NCBI GenBank assembly: GCA_021107635.1
Contig: JAIOSL010000007.1
Location: forward strand, 36,188-100,187
Direction: 5' to 3'
DNA: 64,000 nucleotides
Origin: an archaeon
GTDB lineage: Archaea; B1Sed10-29; WALL01; JAGHAM01
Part shown: positions 26,444 through 37,227 of the stretch, piece by piece
Position numbering within the stretch: position 1 is the stretch's first letter
Layout of the letters: every line of letters begins with the position of its first letter
Notes under the pieces: generated by a model
The model's input: only the letters and a program-made list of their open reading frames with translations
Database searches by the model: none
What the model was told of the DNA's origin: nothing
Position numbers and translations under genes: made by a program

Positions 26444-28354
26444 ATGGGGGCAAAAAACACTTTACTCACTCTGCTGATTTTACTTTCATCAGCTTCTGCT
26501 TTATCACTAACTGTGAACACACCATCAAATGGAGAATACTTCAACATTCAAGAAATAAGTTTTTCTGTTAATGCAGAAACAAATATCACTGCAGTAACAA
26601 TCTCAATAAATGACACTAATGAAGCAATGCAAACCACAGACAACACTACTTGGACATACACTACTACCCTATCTGATGGCTACTGGAGCACAACTTTTGA
26701 AGCAACAAACGGTACTGAAAATATTACAGAAACAATAACCTTTTACGTTGATACTATCTCACCAGCAATAACAATCCTATCTCCAGAAAATTCTTCGTAC
26801 ACAGAAACACAACTCAATTTTACCTATCAAGACATAAACCTTGATTCCTGCTTTTACAGTCTCAACGAAAACACAAACCAAACTATCTCATCTAATGGAA
26901 CTGTTTTCTCCGAATCAGGCACACACCACATTGAATTATGGTGTGAAGATCTTGCAAGCAATCAAGGATACGCTCAACAATGGTTTACCATAGAAGAACA
27001 AAACACTAACCAAGCACCATCAATAACAATAGTCAATCCTTCTGGTGGAACACACCAAGATATGGACGAATTCACAGTCAAAGCAACAGATGACACTGAA
27101 ACAAGCATTGATTGTAAATATCAATTAGATTCAGAAGGATGGACCAGCTTTAATCTCAATAACAACACCGAAAAGACTCTAACTTTAGATTATATCGACT
27201 CAGATGGTTCCCATACCATATATGTTAACTGCTCAGATGGCAATCTAACGAGTCAAACTTCTCGATCTTTCACAATAGACACAGAGCCACCAACAGATGT
27301 AACAATAGAAATCAACGATGGAGACGCAGAAACTGATTCAAAAGAAGTAACTCTCACCCTACACGCTTCCGGCGCAAACAAATGCAGACTAAGTGAAGAT
27401 GAAGACGATTGGACTGACTGGAAAACATCAAAGAACGAAGATTACGATTATACTCTTTCAAGTGGAACTGGCAGAAAAACCGTTTACTATCAATGTAAAG
27501 ACAGTGTAGGAAATGACATAACAAGCTATGATTCAATAGAATACACTTTATGTGGTAACGGAAAACTAGATGATGGCGAAGAATGTGATGGAAGTAGGGT
27601 ACGCTTAGGATACATCTGTTCTTCTGATTGTAAAGGTTCATACAAAGATCCAAATTATGAAACAGAAATTTCTCCTCCATCTAACTCTTATGATTCACGA
27701 TCTTATCCAGTTTCACTCAAACCAACAGCAGATAATACAAGCAGTGTCTTCAAAAAAATGTTCAACAACTCAGCTGAAATTTACGAGCTATCCCAGCAAG
27801 CAATCAATGATTTAAAACTTTCTGCTACCATCAAAAAAGAAGAATATCCTTTAATCTCGCTTACTGGAACCTATTCTGGAAATCAAACTCTAGAAAATTT
27901 GATAATCATATTTAAACTTCCAGAAAGCTTTGCTTCTTCATCAGATGACGTAGAAGTAATTACTGCAGCTGAAGTTGAAACACTTAAAGAACTGCTTTAC
28001 TCAGTAAATTTCAAAAACATTAAAAAAGGCGGTTCCTTCTCAGCAACATTCACTGCCAGTCAAAACGGAGACCTAATTGAAATAAAGAATGACATAGAAC
28101 ATCCCACGATACTAGCAAAAATAACTCAAACAGAAACACCTGAACTACTACAAATCCCAACTCAACCAGAAACAACTTCTATTCAGGCAACAGAAAACCA
28201 GACAGAAGAACTTGAACAAGATATGTCTCTTGTAACCGGTGCAATAGTTCTAGGAAGTGCAACTCTATTAGTGCTTGGTTTAGTAATAGTGGTCTTGCTT
28301 GCAGTTGTAGTATTTTTCCTTTCACGCAGAAAGCGTTCCGGGGCAAGAATGTAA
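26444..28354 (+). CDS. Large surface protein. Signal peptide, Thr/Asn-rich ectodomain with many N-x-S/T sequons, C-terminal TM anchor plus basic tail.
   Basis: 636 aa. MGAKNTLLTLLILLSSASA signal peptide. More than 25 NxT/NxS sites. A CGNGKLDDGEECDG module. C-terminus LVLGLVIVVLLAVVVFFLSRRKRSGARM. Confidence 0.6.
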   Translation: MGAKNTLLTLLILLSSASALSLTVNTPSNGEYFNIQEISFSVNAETNITAVTISINDTNEAMQTTDNTTWTYTTTLSDGYWSTTFEATNGTENITETITFYVDTISPAITILSPENSSYTETQLNFTYQDINLDSCFYSLNENTNQTISSNGTVFSESGTHHIELWCEDLASNQGYAQQWFTIEEQNTNQAPSITIVNPSGGTHQDMDEFTVKATDDTETSIDCKYQLDSEGWTSFNLNNNTEKTLTLDYIDSDGSHTIYVNCSDGNLTSQTSRSFTIDTEPPTDVTIEINDGDAETDSKEVTLTLHASGANKCRLSEDEDDWTDWKTSKNEDYDYTLSSGTGRKTVYYQCKDSVGNDITSYDSIEYTLCGNGKLDDGEECDGSRVRLGYICSSDCKGSYKDPNYETEISPPSNSYDSRSYPVSLKPTADNTSSVFKKMFNNSAEIYELSQQAINDLKLSATIKKEEYPLISLTGTYSGNQTLENLIIIFKLPESFASSSDDVEVITAAEVETLKELLYSVNFKNIKKGGSFSATFTASQNGDLIEIKNDIEHPTILAKITQTETPELLQIPTQPETTSIQATENQTEELEQDMSLVTGAIVLGSATLLVLGLVIVVLLAVVVFFLSRRKRSGARM

Positions 28355-28357
28355 AAA

Positions 28358-30316
28358 CTAATCTTTGTTCTGTATCTTAAGCAATAAAGTAGAAATTACT
28401 GTGCTTACTATACTCCATAGCACCAGGTAACTAGAAGAAAGCAGTACGTTAACCAAATCAAAACCTTTATCACTGTAAATAAGCAAGCTATTCAAGACAT
28501 TCACTGCACTCGTTAACGGACTCAAAAGACTAACCGTTCGCATCATTGGAAGCATTAACTCCCATGGAAAAAACACTCCAGACAAAAACATCAAAGGCAA
28601 GCAAATAACCAAAGAAGCGAGTATGGCAGTGTTCTCCGTTTTCGAAGCTGAAGCAATCATCATTCCAATAGCTGCAGAAGTCATTGCAAGCATACATGCA
28701 ACAATGAATGCTGCTGGAATCATGATCATGTTTAATCTCACTTGGAACAACACTAGTGCTATACCAAACAATATTACTACCTGAAAAGAAGCTATCAACA
28801 AAGTCACTAAAATCTTTCCAAAAACAAACCAAAACGTGTTCACTGGAGCCATCTTCAGCCTGTGCAGGGTACCACGTTGTTTTTCTCTAATCACTGTAAC
28901 TGCAGCAAAAAGAACTGAAACAAACATGACAATTATTGAAAGGACAGCAGGGAAAAAAGCATCAATGTTCCTGAAATTTCCGAAAAGCTTGTGAGTATTC
29001 AGAGCAATAGGACTAACTACACTAGTTTCATCTCTACTAGTAAGCGTTTCAAGCATGGTAGAAGAATTTTTTGCACTGTCTTTAAGAGAATCAATGTTAC
29101 CTAAAGTTGAATCAAGAAGAGTCTCTGCATTAGCAAGAGTTTGCTGAGAATTAGCTTTTGTTAATTCAAGCTCATCCATTGTTTCTTGCATATAAGCAAA
29201 GCTATTTTTCATGTCATCTATATCTGAAGTGTCACTGAGACTATTTTTAAGATATATTAATTCATTTTCAATCTCATCAATTTTTTTCTGAGAGTTACTT
29301 AAATCATCCTGTAAATCATCAATATTGTCCCTATGATTATCCACATCAATAATCAAAGCATCGATGTTGTTTATAGCATCTTCTAAATCATTACATAATG
29401 CGACCCATCTGTTAATGTACTCATCAATAGATGGATCTCCAGTATATGGGGGATTTGAAGCTTCCCAACATTCTCCATCATTATATGATTGTTGTAAATC
29501 ACTTCTTGTTTGAACTAGGTCGTTCCTAGTTTGAATTAAATCAGAATCAGTTTGATCTAAAGTTGAACTAGCATCACTAATGTACACCTGCATCTCGTTT
29601 ACATCTTCTAAATATCTTTCTACATCTGCTCTATACGTATTAATCTCTACTTCTGTGTCCTCCACATTTTCTACTGCGTTGTTCAAACGATATTTCATTG
29701 AGTCAACGTCAATATTATCCATATCTTCAGAAACACGGTTCATTTCATCCTTCAAAGAAGCAAACTCGCTTTTGGTATCATCTAAACTTTCTTCAAGTCC
29801 CGTCAAATTATCTGCCATGTAGTCAAGGTTTATCCAAGTAGCTTTAACAAACTCAATACTAATGTTCTCAGAAGTTTTTCCAATGTATCCATCCATAACA
29901 GAAGTAAGTATCATTGCTAACTGAGGATGACCATCATTAACTGTAATGTTTATCCTTTTTTGTTCTCCCTTTTCTATTCCTTCCTGATATCCTAAAGGAA
30001 TGCTAACCAAAGCCATGAGGCGGCCTTCATTCAACTCTATTCTTAATTGTTGGTCACATTCGCCACTCTCAGGTATGACTGCTTCAAAATTCTTGCTTAT
30101 GAATTCTGTAAACTTTCCTGAAAACTCAGATTGATCTTGATCACAAACACCTACTCTGATTGCAGACATTTGTTCAAGCTCTGGTTGACTAGAAGAAGAA
30201 AAAATCAATCCTATTACTATCATAATAAGCAAAGGACCCATCAAAATCAAAAACACTGTTTTAGGATCTCTCTTTAAAATTCTCAGATCCTTCAAGAAAA
30301 GAAAAAACAATTTCAT
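28358..30316 (-). CDS. ABC-2 family transporter permease with a very large extracellular coiled-coil insertion.
   Basis: 652 aa. An N-terminal TM helix, then about 350 aa of acidic heptad-rich sequence (DD/EE, LxxxL periodicity), then six C-terminal TM helices typical of ABC-2 permeases. 4-nt overlap with the upstream ATPase. Confidence 0.7.
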   Translation of the reverse strand: MKLFFLFLKDLRILKRDPKTVFLILMGPLLIMIVIGLIFSSSSQPELEQMSAIRVGVCDQDQSEFSGKFTEFISKNFEAVIPESGECDQQLRIELNEGRLMALVSIPLGYQEGIEKGEQKRINITVNDGHPQLAMILTSVMDGYIGKTSENISIEFVKATWINLDYMADNLTGLEESLDDTKSEFASLKDEMNRVSEDMDNIDVDSMKYRLNNAVENVEDTEVEINTYRADVERYLEDVNEMQVYISDASSTLDQTDSDLIQTRNDLVQTRSDLQQSYNDGECWEASNPPYTGDPSIDEYINRWVALCNDLEDAINNIDALIIDVDNHRDNIDDLQDDLSNSQKKIDEIENELIYLKNSLSDTSDIDDMKNSFAYMQETMDELELTKANSQQTLANAETLLDSTLGNIDSLKDSAKNSSTMLETLTSRDETSVVSPIALNTHKLFGNFRNIDAFFPAVLSIIVMFVSVLFAAVTVIREKQRGTLHRLKMAPVNTFWFVFGKILVTLLIASFQVVILFGIALVLFQVRLNMIMIPAAFIVACMLAMTSAAIGMMIASASKTENTAILASLVICLPLMFLSGVFFPWELMLPMMRTVSLLSPLTSAVNVLNSLLIYSDKGFDLVNVLLSSSYLVLWSIVSTVISTLLLKIQNKD

Positions 30317-31287
30317 TCTTTCTCCTCCTTAGTTTTTGAAAGCTTGTCTTTACTCTCTTTCAAGACCGGCTTTTCTTTTTCTCCAACAGTCAAAGCCATG
30401 AAAACATCTTCAAGAGTCGATTTTCTGATATTGACTCCTATAACTTCTTCTTTCAACTCTTCAGCATGCCTTATAAGTTTAGGCAAAACTTTTTCTGAAT
30501 GTTTTGTTCTAACTTCAATGTAATGCGGAAGTTTTCTAACTCCAGAGACAGAAGGAATAATCTCAGCAAACTTTGCTATTTTATTAATCTCTTTTCCCGG
30601 AGAAGTCCTAAACTCAATCACATCCTCTCCAACCAAATCACGTAAATTAGATGGCTCGCCGACAGCAATCACTCTACCCTGATTCATTATTGCTATCCTA
30701 TCACACAAGGAGTCCGCTTCATCCATGTAATGAGTTGTTATTAAAATAGTCATTCCTTGCTCATTCATGTCATTAACTATCTTCCACAGTGCCTGCCTAG
30801 CATCCGGATCTAAGCCTACTGTTGGTTCATCAAGGATTAACATTCTAGGATTATGAACTAAAGAACAACCAATACTAAGTCTGCGCTTCATTCCACCAGA
30901 CAAAAATTTAGCCCGAACATTCGTTTTATCTTCTAGATTCAGCGATTTAACGAGCTTTTCCATTCTTTTCGTTATTTTAGAACCTTCTACTCCATACATA
31001 TGAGCAAAAAACACAAGATTTTCCCAGACAGTTAATTCTTCATAAAAACTATTTTCTTGAGGAGTTACTCCTATTACATTCTTGTCTATTTTTTTCCCAA
31101 AAATCTTTAACTCTCCCCCTTCATAAACCATACTGCCTGACATTATCTTTATTAGCGTGCTTTTTCCTGCTCCGTTAGGACCAAGCAAACCAAAAATTTC
31201 TCCTTTATGGATATTAAGAGAAACTTTCTTCAAAGCATGTAACTTTCCAAACATCTTATCTAATTTATTAATCTCTAATGCTTCCAC
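30313..31287 (-). CDS. ABC transporter ATP-binding protein.
   Basis: Walker A GLLGPNGAGKST. Signature LSGGMKRRLS. Walker B LILDEPTVGLD. It has a C-terminal extension. Confidence 0.88.
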   Translation of the reverse strand: MEALEINKLDKMFGKLHALKKVSLNIHKGEIFGLLGPNGAGKSTLIKIMSGSMVYEGGELKIFGKKIDKNVIGVTPQENSFYEELTVWENLVFFAHMYGVEGSKITKRMEKLVKSLNLEDKTNVRAKFLSGGMKRRLSIGCSLVHNPRMLILDEPTVGLDPDARQALWKIVNDMNEQGMTILITTHYMDEADSLCDRIAIMNQGRVIAVGEPSNLRDLVGEDVIEFRTSPGKEINKIAKFAEIIPSVSGVRKLPHYIEVRTKHSEKVLPKLIRHAEELKEEVIGVNIRKSTLEDVFMALTVGEKEKPVLKESKDKLSKTKEEKE

Positions 31288-31366
31288 GCGAGAAATAACG
31301 CAAAAAATGTTTAAAAAACTATCTAAGCGTTAAAGTAAAATACCTCCTTCTTCGTAAAAATATTGT

Positions 31367-31651
31367 ATGCAACTAAGAAGAATTTTAATTGACGTGCTCA
31401 AACCGCATGACCCTTCAATCATAGTCTATGCTGAAAAACTTGCAGCTCTGAAATGTGTTGATGGTGTGAACATACTAGTCGTAGAAATCGATGACAAGAC
31501 AGAGAGCATAGGTGTTACCATTGAAGGCGGTTCTTTAAACTTTAATTCAATAGAAAAAGTAATTGAAAAACTTGGCGGTTCAATTCACTCCGTAGACATG
31601 GTTTCTGCAGGCTCTCATGTAGTAGAAGCAGCAAGCGAAGAGAGCGGTTAA
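31367..31651 (+). CDS. Conserved small archaeal protein (DUF211/COG1888-like).
   Basis: 94 aa. LRRILIDVLKPHDPSIIVYAEKL...VNILVVEIDDKTESIGVTIEG. It is paired with the downstream membrane protein. Confidence 0.55.
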   Translation: MQLRRILIDVLKPHDPSIIVYAEKLAALKCVDGVNILVVEIDDKTESIGVTIEGGSLNFNSIEKVIEKLGGSIHSVDMVSAGSHVVEAASEESG

Positions 31652-31654
31652 AAA

Positions 31655-32173
31655 ATGATGAACAATTTTGTCAGAGGATTCATAGATGGATCTCTTTCAA
31701 CTCTAGGAGTTCTAATAGGCGCATCTGCTGGAGATACCAGTATTATTCTTTCTGCAGGGTTAGGCGGTACACTAGCTAATGGAGTCTCAAACATGCTAGG
31801 AGCATTCTCCGCGGAAAAAGCCAAACAATACGGTGAACTAAGACAAGTAGAAAAAGCAATGGTTGCAACCAACCTAAAAGATTCCATTCTAGATCAAAGA
31901 ATTGGACCAGAAATCAAAAAAGCAGGTGTTATAGATGGAATAGCCACAATCATTGGCGGCATCATTCCAATAATCCCCTTTTTTCTAATGCACCCAGCTC
32001 AAGCAACTCTAGTCGCAATAGGAACCGTGCTTCTACTATTAGTTATTCTAGGAGTATACCTAGGAAAAATTTCAAAAGAAAACATTATTTTATCAGCAAT
32101 AAAAATGGTCGTGTTAGGTATTGTTATCGCTTTACTCTCTTTTGGAGTACAATACATTTTCACTCCCGTATGA
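31655..32173 (+). CDS. VIT1/CCC1-like (DUF125) small membrane protein.
   Basis: 172 aa. FIDGSLSTLGVLIGASAGDTSIILSAGLGGTLANGVSNMLGAFSAEKAK, followed by TM helices. Confidence 0.55.
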   Translation: MMNNFVRGFIDGSLSTLGVLIGASAGDTSIILSAGLGGTLANGVSNMLGAFSAEKAKQYGELRQVEKAMVATNLKDSILDQRIGPEIKKAGVIDGIATIIGGIIPIIPFFLMHPAQATLVAIGTVLLLLVILGVYLGKISKENIILSAIKMVVLGIVIALLSFGVQYIFTPV

Positions 32174-32203
32174 CATTTAAATAAAGTCCATTCTAATATA
32201 CTC

Positions 32204-32989
32204 ATGGAAGTAGAACTAGACTTAACAAAAAGCATTCCAGAAAATGCTGCTCTTTACTACGAACAATCAAAAAAATCCAAGAAAAAACTAGAAGGACTAA
32301 GAGAAGCAATCCAAAAAACCAAGAAAGAACTAACCCTAAAACAAGAAAAAGCAGAAGAAATTGCCAAACAAACACGAAAAAAGAAACGAGAACGCGAATG
32401 GTACGAAAAATACCACTGGTTTTTTACCACTCAAGGACTGCTTGTACTTGCAGGAAGAGATGTTAAATCCAATCAAGAAATCGTAAAAAAACACATGCAA
32501 AGCAACGACTTATACTTTCACGCAGACATTCACGGTGCACCATCAACAGTAATCCAATCTGAAAGTAAACAAATCAATGAAAAAAGCAAAGAACAAGCAG
32601 CAGCATTTGCAGGCACTTACTCCAAAGCATTTTCTGCAGGACTTGAAACAGTTGACGTATATTCTGTTGAACCAAACCAAGTTAAAACCGCAGCCAAAAG
32701 CGGTGAATTCCTGCCTAAAGGCGGATTTGTAATACTAGGACAACGCGAATGGTACAAAAAAACACCAGTGCGCGCAGCTGTATCCTATGATCCAAAAAAA
32801 GCACGTCCTATTGTAGGGCCTCCAGATTCAATCAAAAGCAAATCTCTAGTGATTGCCCCAGGCAGAAACAGTAAAGGAGAAATCGCTAAAAAAGCTAAAG
32901 CCTTCCTAGAAAGAGAATTTAATACAGAAATATCCTTAGATGAAATAATTCAACTATTACCTACTGGTGGCGGAAGAGTGCTAAAATGA
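32204..32989 (+). CDS. NFACT-R (DUF814) domain protein (Tae2/NEMF-related RNA-binding domain).
   Basis: 261 aa. A coiled-coil N-terminus, then YHWFFTTQGLLVLAGRDVKSNQEIVKKHMQSNDLYFHADIHGAPSTVI. Confidence 0.6.
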   Translation: MEVELDLTKSIPENAALYYEQSKKSKKKLEGLREAIQKTKKELTLKQEKAEEIAKQTRKKKREREWYEKYHWFFTTQGLLVLAGRDVKSNQEIVKKHMQSNDLYFHADIHGAPSTVIQSESKQINEKSKEQAAAFAGTYSKAFSAGLETVDVYSVEPNQVKTAAKSGEFLPKGGFVILGQREWYKKTPVRAAVSYDPKKARPIVGPPDSIKSKSLVIAPGRNSKGEIAKKAKAFLEREFNTEISLDEIIQLLPTGGGRVLK

Positions 32990-33162
32990 AAAGTTTTTTT
33001 GAAATGATAAACGACTGGAACTTTGCGCTTGCTTTAATAGCAGCGTTTTTAATTGCAGGATATGACCTTGCTTACGGAACAAAAATAATTGGAACAATAT
33101 TCTTATTTCTCATAATGGGAGCAATAGCTCTAAACATTTGGAAGACCCGCAAAAAAAGCTAG
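32986..33162 (+). CDS. 58-aa two-TM membrane micro-protein, below the ORF-track length cutoff.
   Basis: An ATGA overlap with the upstream stop (ATG 32986, TGA 32987-89). Product MKSFFEMINDWNFALALIAAFLIAGYDLAYGTKIIGTIFLFLIMGAIALNIWKTRKKS. Confidence 0.4.
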   Translation: MKSFFEMINDWNFALALIAAFLIAGYDLAYGTKIIGTIFLFLIMGAIALNIWKTRKKS

Positions 33163-33425
33163 TTTCTACCCATTTGTCTTTCTTGACTCCTAGAAAAACC
33201 TTTAGACTTCAACTCTTCCGGAGCAATTTGCGCGCGCCAATAATTGTCAAATTGATCTGTTACAACAAGATCTATCTTTTGGCCGAGCATTTCTTTACCA
33301 AAAGCTTTCAAGTACTGTTGTGTAGGAGCATGATTCTTATCTAACAAAATAATTGGACTCCCAAATGCGTGTATTATGTAACCTCCTTCTCTACCTACTT
33401 TTAAAACACCACTCATTTCATACAT
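33159..33425 (-). CDS. Small soluble protein, hypothetical (possible beta-barrel nucleic-acid-binding fold).
   Basis: 88 aa ORF. It forms a compact unit with radB upstream. No recognisable motif. Confidence 0.4.
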   Translation of the reverse strand: MYEMSGVLKVGREGGYIIHAFGSPIILLDKNHAPTQQYLKAFGKEMLGQKIDLVVTDQFDNYWRAQIAPEELKSKGFSRSQERQMGRN

Positions 33426-33440
33426 ACAATCACTCTCTTT

Positions 33441-34085
33441 TCAAACTATTCCTTGTTCGGCAATATTAAAATTCTTTTCCTTACCTGACTCTACAAACAA
33501 ATGCTTAATCAATTTTGCTTTCCTTTCCGGTTTCAACTCAAGCACTATCTTAGAACCATACTTAAGCGTGTCTCCACCAACTGGTTCAACCCTGCCAGTA
33601 TCAATACTAGTATACACTTGATTAGTGACAAGTACTGCCAAATCTTTTTTTCTTGACAATTCAAGCAAATCAGCCAGCTGTCTGCCAAGCACTCTACTAG
33701 AACTCCTAGGCTTATCCTGATCCATCTCCAAACGATAATGATAAACAATAGAATCCACAACAACCAAACCAACATCTTTGTACCTAACTAAATCCTTAAT
33801 CATTTGTCCCTGTTCGCGCATGCTTGCAGGTTCCAATAAATACGTGTTGTCAAGCACTTGTTGCTTTTTTTCTCCTGCAATCTGACCTAACCGTTCTTCT
33901 GAAAAACCGCTCTCAGAATCAATAAACACGACTTTCTTTCCCATTTTAACAGCGTTTACAGTAGCTTGTAACGCAATGTTTGTTTTACCAGAACCAGGAG
34001 GTCCATAAACCTGAGTAATCTTTTTAATATGCAAGCCTCCTCCCAGAAGTTCATCTAAAATACACTCAAGTGGAACAAAGTTCAT
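33441..34085 (-). CDS. radB: DNA repair/recombination protein RadB (short RadA paralog).
   Basis: 214 aa. ILDELLGGGLHIKKITQVYGPPGSGKTNIALQ (Walker A), with no N-terminal HhH domain. Confidence 0.85.
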   Translation of the reverse strand: MNFVPLECILDELLGGGLHIKKITQVYGPPGSGKTNIALQATVNAVKMGKKVVFIDSESGFSEERLGQIAGEKKQQVLDNTYLLEPASMREQGQMIKDLVRYKDVGLVVVDSIVYHYRLEMDQDKPRSSSRVLGRQLADLLELSRKKDLAVLVTNQVYTSIDTGRVEPVGGDTLKYGSKIVLELKPERKAKLIKHLFVESGKEKNFNIAEQGIV

Positions 34086-34151
34086 AATAACGTTTTATAT
34101 ATGTATTTTCTCTAATTTATTGCTTGTTTTCCAACTCAAAGGTGTTTTTTA

Positions 34152-36317
34152 ATGGATGATCAAAAACTTAAAGTGCAAGAAGCTCTTCAAAACGATGTAG
34201 GGAGAGGTATAATCCGCTTAGACAGTTCAATTCGAGATCAATTGAAGCTCACGTCCGGCGATATAGTTAAAATAAAAGGCAAAAAAAATACTGCTGGCAT
34301 TGTTTGGCAGAGTTATCCCGAAGATGATGGTCTTGGAATCGCAAGAATGGATGGAATAATGAGGCAGAATGCAGGAGTATCCATTGGAGATCATATTATA
34401 ATAGAAAAAGCTTCCCCAAAACCAGCTAAAAAAGTTGTACTTGCACCAACACAAGCAGTGCGTTTCTCACCAGGCTTCAACAACTATATCCAAAAAAGAC
34501 TTATTGGCAGGCCACTTACAAAAAGAGAAAAGCTGCTCGTAGGAATATTTGGTGCTTCAGTAGTAATGGTTGTAACTAACATTGTGCCAGGAGGTATAGT
34601 CCAAATCACAAGAGATACTCAACTAGAAGTTAGAACAGAACCCGTAAAAGAAATCACTGGCTTACCCCAAGTAACTTACGAAGATATTGGTGGCGTAAGA
34701 GACGAAGTCCAAAAAGTCAGAGAAATGATAGAAATCCCAATGAAACACCCCGAACTGTTCAAGCGTTTGGGAATCGACCCACCAAAAGGAGTTCTTTTAC
34801 ATGGACCACCAGGAACAGGCAAAACATTACTCGCAAAAGCCGTTGCAAACGAGAGTATCGCAAATTTCATTTCCATCCAAGGCCCAGAAATCATGAGCAA
34901 ATTCGTCGGTGAAGCAGAAGAACGTCTACGCAAAGTCTTCCAAGAAGCAGAAAAAAACGCTCCGACAATCATTTTCATAGACGAACTTGATGCAATTGCA
35001 CCAAAAAGAGAAGAAGTTTCCGGAGAAGTCGAACGCAGAGTAGTCGCACAAATGCTTACACTAATGGACGGTCTCCAAGCAAGAGGACAAGTCGTTGTAA
35101 TAGGAGCGACAAACAGAGTTAACGCATTAGATCCTGCCTTACGCAGACCAGGAAGGTTCGACAGAGAAATTGAAATAGGCGTGCCAGATCGCAAAGGCAG
35201 AAAAGAAATTCTTCAGATACACACAAGAAACATGCCAAAAAACAAGGACGTGAGCCTAGACGAATTAGCGGACGTAACTCATGGTTTTGTTGGTGCAGAC
35301 CTAGAAGCACTAGCTAAAGAATCAGCAATGAAAGCACTCAGGAGAGTAATTCCAAAAATGGATTTGGAAGAAGATGAAGGAATTCCTCCAGAAGTATTAG
35401 AAAAACTTGAAGTCACAAGAAGGGACTTCAGAGAAGCCCTAAAAGAAGTTCAACCATCTGCACTGCGAGAAGTCCTAGTTGAAATACCAAACGTTAAATG
35501 GGCTGATGTTGGCGGATTGGACAACGTGAAAAATGATCTGAAGGAAGCTATTGAATGGCCTCTTAAACATCCAGACCGGTTCAGACGTATCGGAATCAGA
35601 CCACCACGTGGCATATTCCTTTTCGGTCCGCCAGGAACAGGCAAAACATTAATGGCACAAGCTGTAGCTAACGAAAGCGATGCAAATTTCATTTCAGTAA
35701 AAGGGCCTGAACTATTATCCAAATGGGTTGGCGAATCAGAAAAAGCAGTAAGAGAAATATTCCGCAAGGCCAGACAAGCCGCACCAGTAATCATCTTTTT
35801 CGACGAAATCGATGCACTCGCACCAGCAAGAGGAGCAAATATTGGCTCACATGTCACTGAAACAGTAGTCAACCAACTGCTCACAGAACTGGATGGAGTC
35901 GAAGACTTGAAAGACGTAGTTGTACTAGCAGCATCCAACCGGCCAGAGCTAGTAGATCCAAGCTTGTTAAGACCCGGTCGATTCGATAGACTCATTCCGA
36001 TTCCAGTACCCGATGAAAAAGGCAGGCTAGAAATACTAGAGGTCCATACTAAAGACGTGCCACTGGATAAAGACGTTAACCTGAAAGATTTAGCCAAACG
36101 TTCAATTAACTTTTCAGGAGCAGACATTTCTGCTTTAGTCAGAGAAGCTGGAATGACTGCACTACGAAAAAATCCAGACACTAAAAAAGTCACTAAAAAA
36201 GATTTTGAAGCAGCACTGCGTGTCATAAAACCGTCAATTATTGAATCAGAAATAGAAAAATATCAGAAATTTCATCAAGAATTCGGAGACAAGGCAGACA
36301 CAAGCTACATTGGTTAA
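34152..36317 (+). CDS. cdc48: Cdc48/VCP-like AAA+ ATPase (double D1/D2).
   Basis: 721 aa. N-domain. Two Walker A motifs ([17 protein letters not shown] and [17 protein letters not shown]). Two second-region-of-homology segments. Confidence 0.92.
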   Translation: MDDQKLKVQEALQNDVGRGIIRLDSSIRDQLKLTSGDIVKIKGKKNTAGIVWQSYPEDDGLGIARMDGIMRQNAGVSIGDHIIIEKASPKPAKKVVLAPTQAVRFSPGFNNYIQKRLIGRPLTKREKLLVGIFGASVVMVVTNIVPGGIVQITRDTQLEVRTEPVKEITGLPQVTYEDIGGVRDEVQKVREMIEIPMKHPELFKRLGIDPPKGVLLHGPPGTGKTLLAKAVANESIANFISIQGPEIMSKFVGEAEERLRKVFQEAEKNAPTIIFIDELDAIAPKREEVSGEVERRVVAQMLTLMDGLQARGQVVVIGATNRVNALDPALRRPGRFDREIEIGVPDRKGRKEILQIHTRNMPKNKDVSLDELADVTHGFVGADLEALAKESAMKALRRVIPKMDLEEDEGIPPEVLEKLEVTRRDFREALKEVQPSALREVLVEIPNVKWADVGGLDNVKNDLKEAIEWPLKHPDRFRRIGIRPPRGIFLFGPPGTGKTLMAQAVANESDANFISVKGPELLSKWVGESEKAVREIFRKARQAAPVIIFFDEIDALAPARGANIGSHVTETVVNQLLTELDGVEDLKDVVVLAASNRPELVDPSLLRPGRFDRLIPIPVPDEKGRLEILEVHTKDVPLDKDVNLKDLAKRSINFSGADISALVREAGMTALRKNPDTKKVTKKDFEAALRVIKPSIIESEIEKYQKFHQEFGDKADTSYIG

Positions 36318-36943
36318 ATACCTAATAGCATTGCAAGCACTTCAAGAATGCGACCCAAGAAAAATGTTAGTGAACCCGCTAAAATAATTGCTACAAGCCA
36401 GGCAGTCGGGTTCCATTGCATTACCTTACTTCCATCTAATGGAGGGAACGGAATCAGGTTAAAGAATCCTAGGAAAAAGTTTACCATTGATCCAATCAAA
36501 CCTAAGTCAAACAAAAAATCGCCCTGTCTTAAACCAATAGAAGCACAATAAAGAAGCAATCCAACAAATGAAAGTCCAACTAAAATGTTAACAAGTGGTC
36601 CAGCTAAAGAAATTTTCCCATTCTCTTCAGGAGTTAATTGCTTACCACCAATATACACAGCTCCTGGAGCAGCAAACAAAAACTGCCCTCTTGTTAGTAT
36701 TGCCATTCCTAATGCAAGAACCAAACCCCAACTCCAAGCCCGGAACACTGCCCAACAACCATATCTTCTGGCAACATACCTGTGAGCCATTTCATGGAAA
36801 ATAAAACCAGTTCCCAAACCTATCAACACAAGCGGAAATCTTGTTAAAAAACTTGGCAAGCCAACATAAGCAGCATTCACGGAAAAAGCAATGCTAAGTG
36901 TAATCCAAGATATTAACAAATGAGTTAATTCTGTTTTATCCAT
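36314..36943 (-). CDS. M50-family (site-2 protease-like) intramembrane metalloprotease.
   Basis: 209 aa. HExxH inside a TM helix ([16 protein letters not shown]), followed by LDG (PLDGSKV). Confidence 0.8.
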   Translation of the reverse strand: MDKTELTHLLISWITLSIAFSVNAAYVGLPSFLTRFPLVLIGLGTGFIFHEMAHRYVARRYGCWAVFRAWSWGLVLALGMAILTRGQFLFAAPGAVYIGGKQLTPEENGKISLAGPLVNILVGLSFVGLLLYCASIGLRQGDFLFDLGLIGSMVNFFLGFFNLIPFPPLDGSKVMQWNPTAWLVAIILAGSLTFFLGRILEVLAMLLGI

Positions 36944-37042
36944 CGGCGCAACTTTTCTTTTTCCAAGTTTTTAACACTTGCGGACAAAGCATTAAATATT
37001 TTTGAATTCATAATGAAACCAGAACTTTAAAGGGGGGAGGAA

Positions 37043-37222
37043 ATGAGTTTGCTCAGAGAGGAGAGCGCTCAAGTATCTGCAGAATTAATCATAGTAATAG
37101 CAGCAGTACTTGCAGTAGCAGTAATTTTAGTCAAACAATTACGCGACACAGCACAAGACGGATCCAAAAAAATGTCAGAAAAAAGCAAGAAAGTGCTCTC
37201 TGAAATTGATAAAATAAAGTGA
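37043..37222 (+). CDS. 59-aa pilin-like protein with a class III (type IV pilin-type) signal peptide, below the ORF-track cutoff.
   Basis: MSLLREESAQVSAELIIVIAAVLAVAVILVKQLRDTAQDGSKKMSEKSKKVLSEIDKIK. It has the Q-V-S-x-E + hydrophobic helix pattern. Confidence 0.5.
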   Translation: MSLLREESAQVSAELIIVIAAVLAVAVILVKQLRDTAQDGSKKMSEKSKKVLSEIDKIK

Positions 37223-37227
37223 CTTTG

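Noticed and set aside
34676-36226. Two long minus-strand ORFs (172 and 258 aa), Ser/Thr/Ala-rich.
   Set aside because: They are antisense to the Cdc48 AAA ATPase gene, with low-complexity composition typical of shadow frames.
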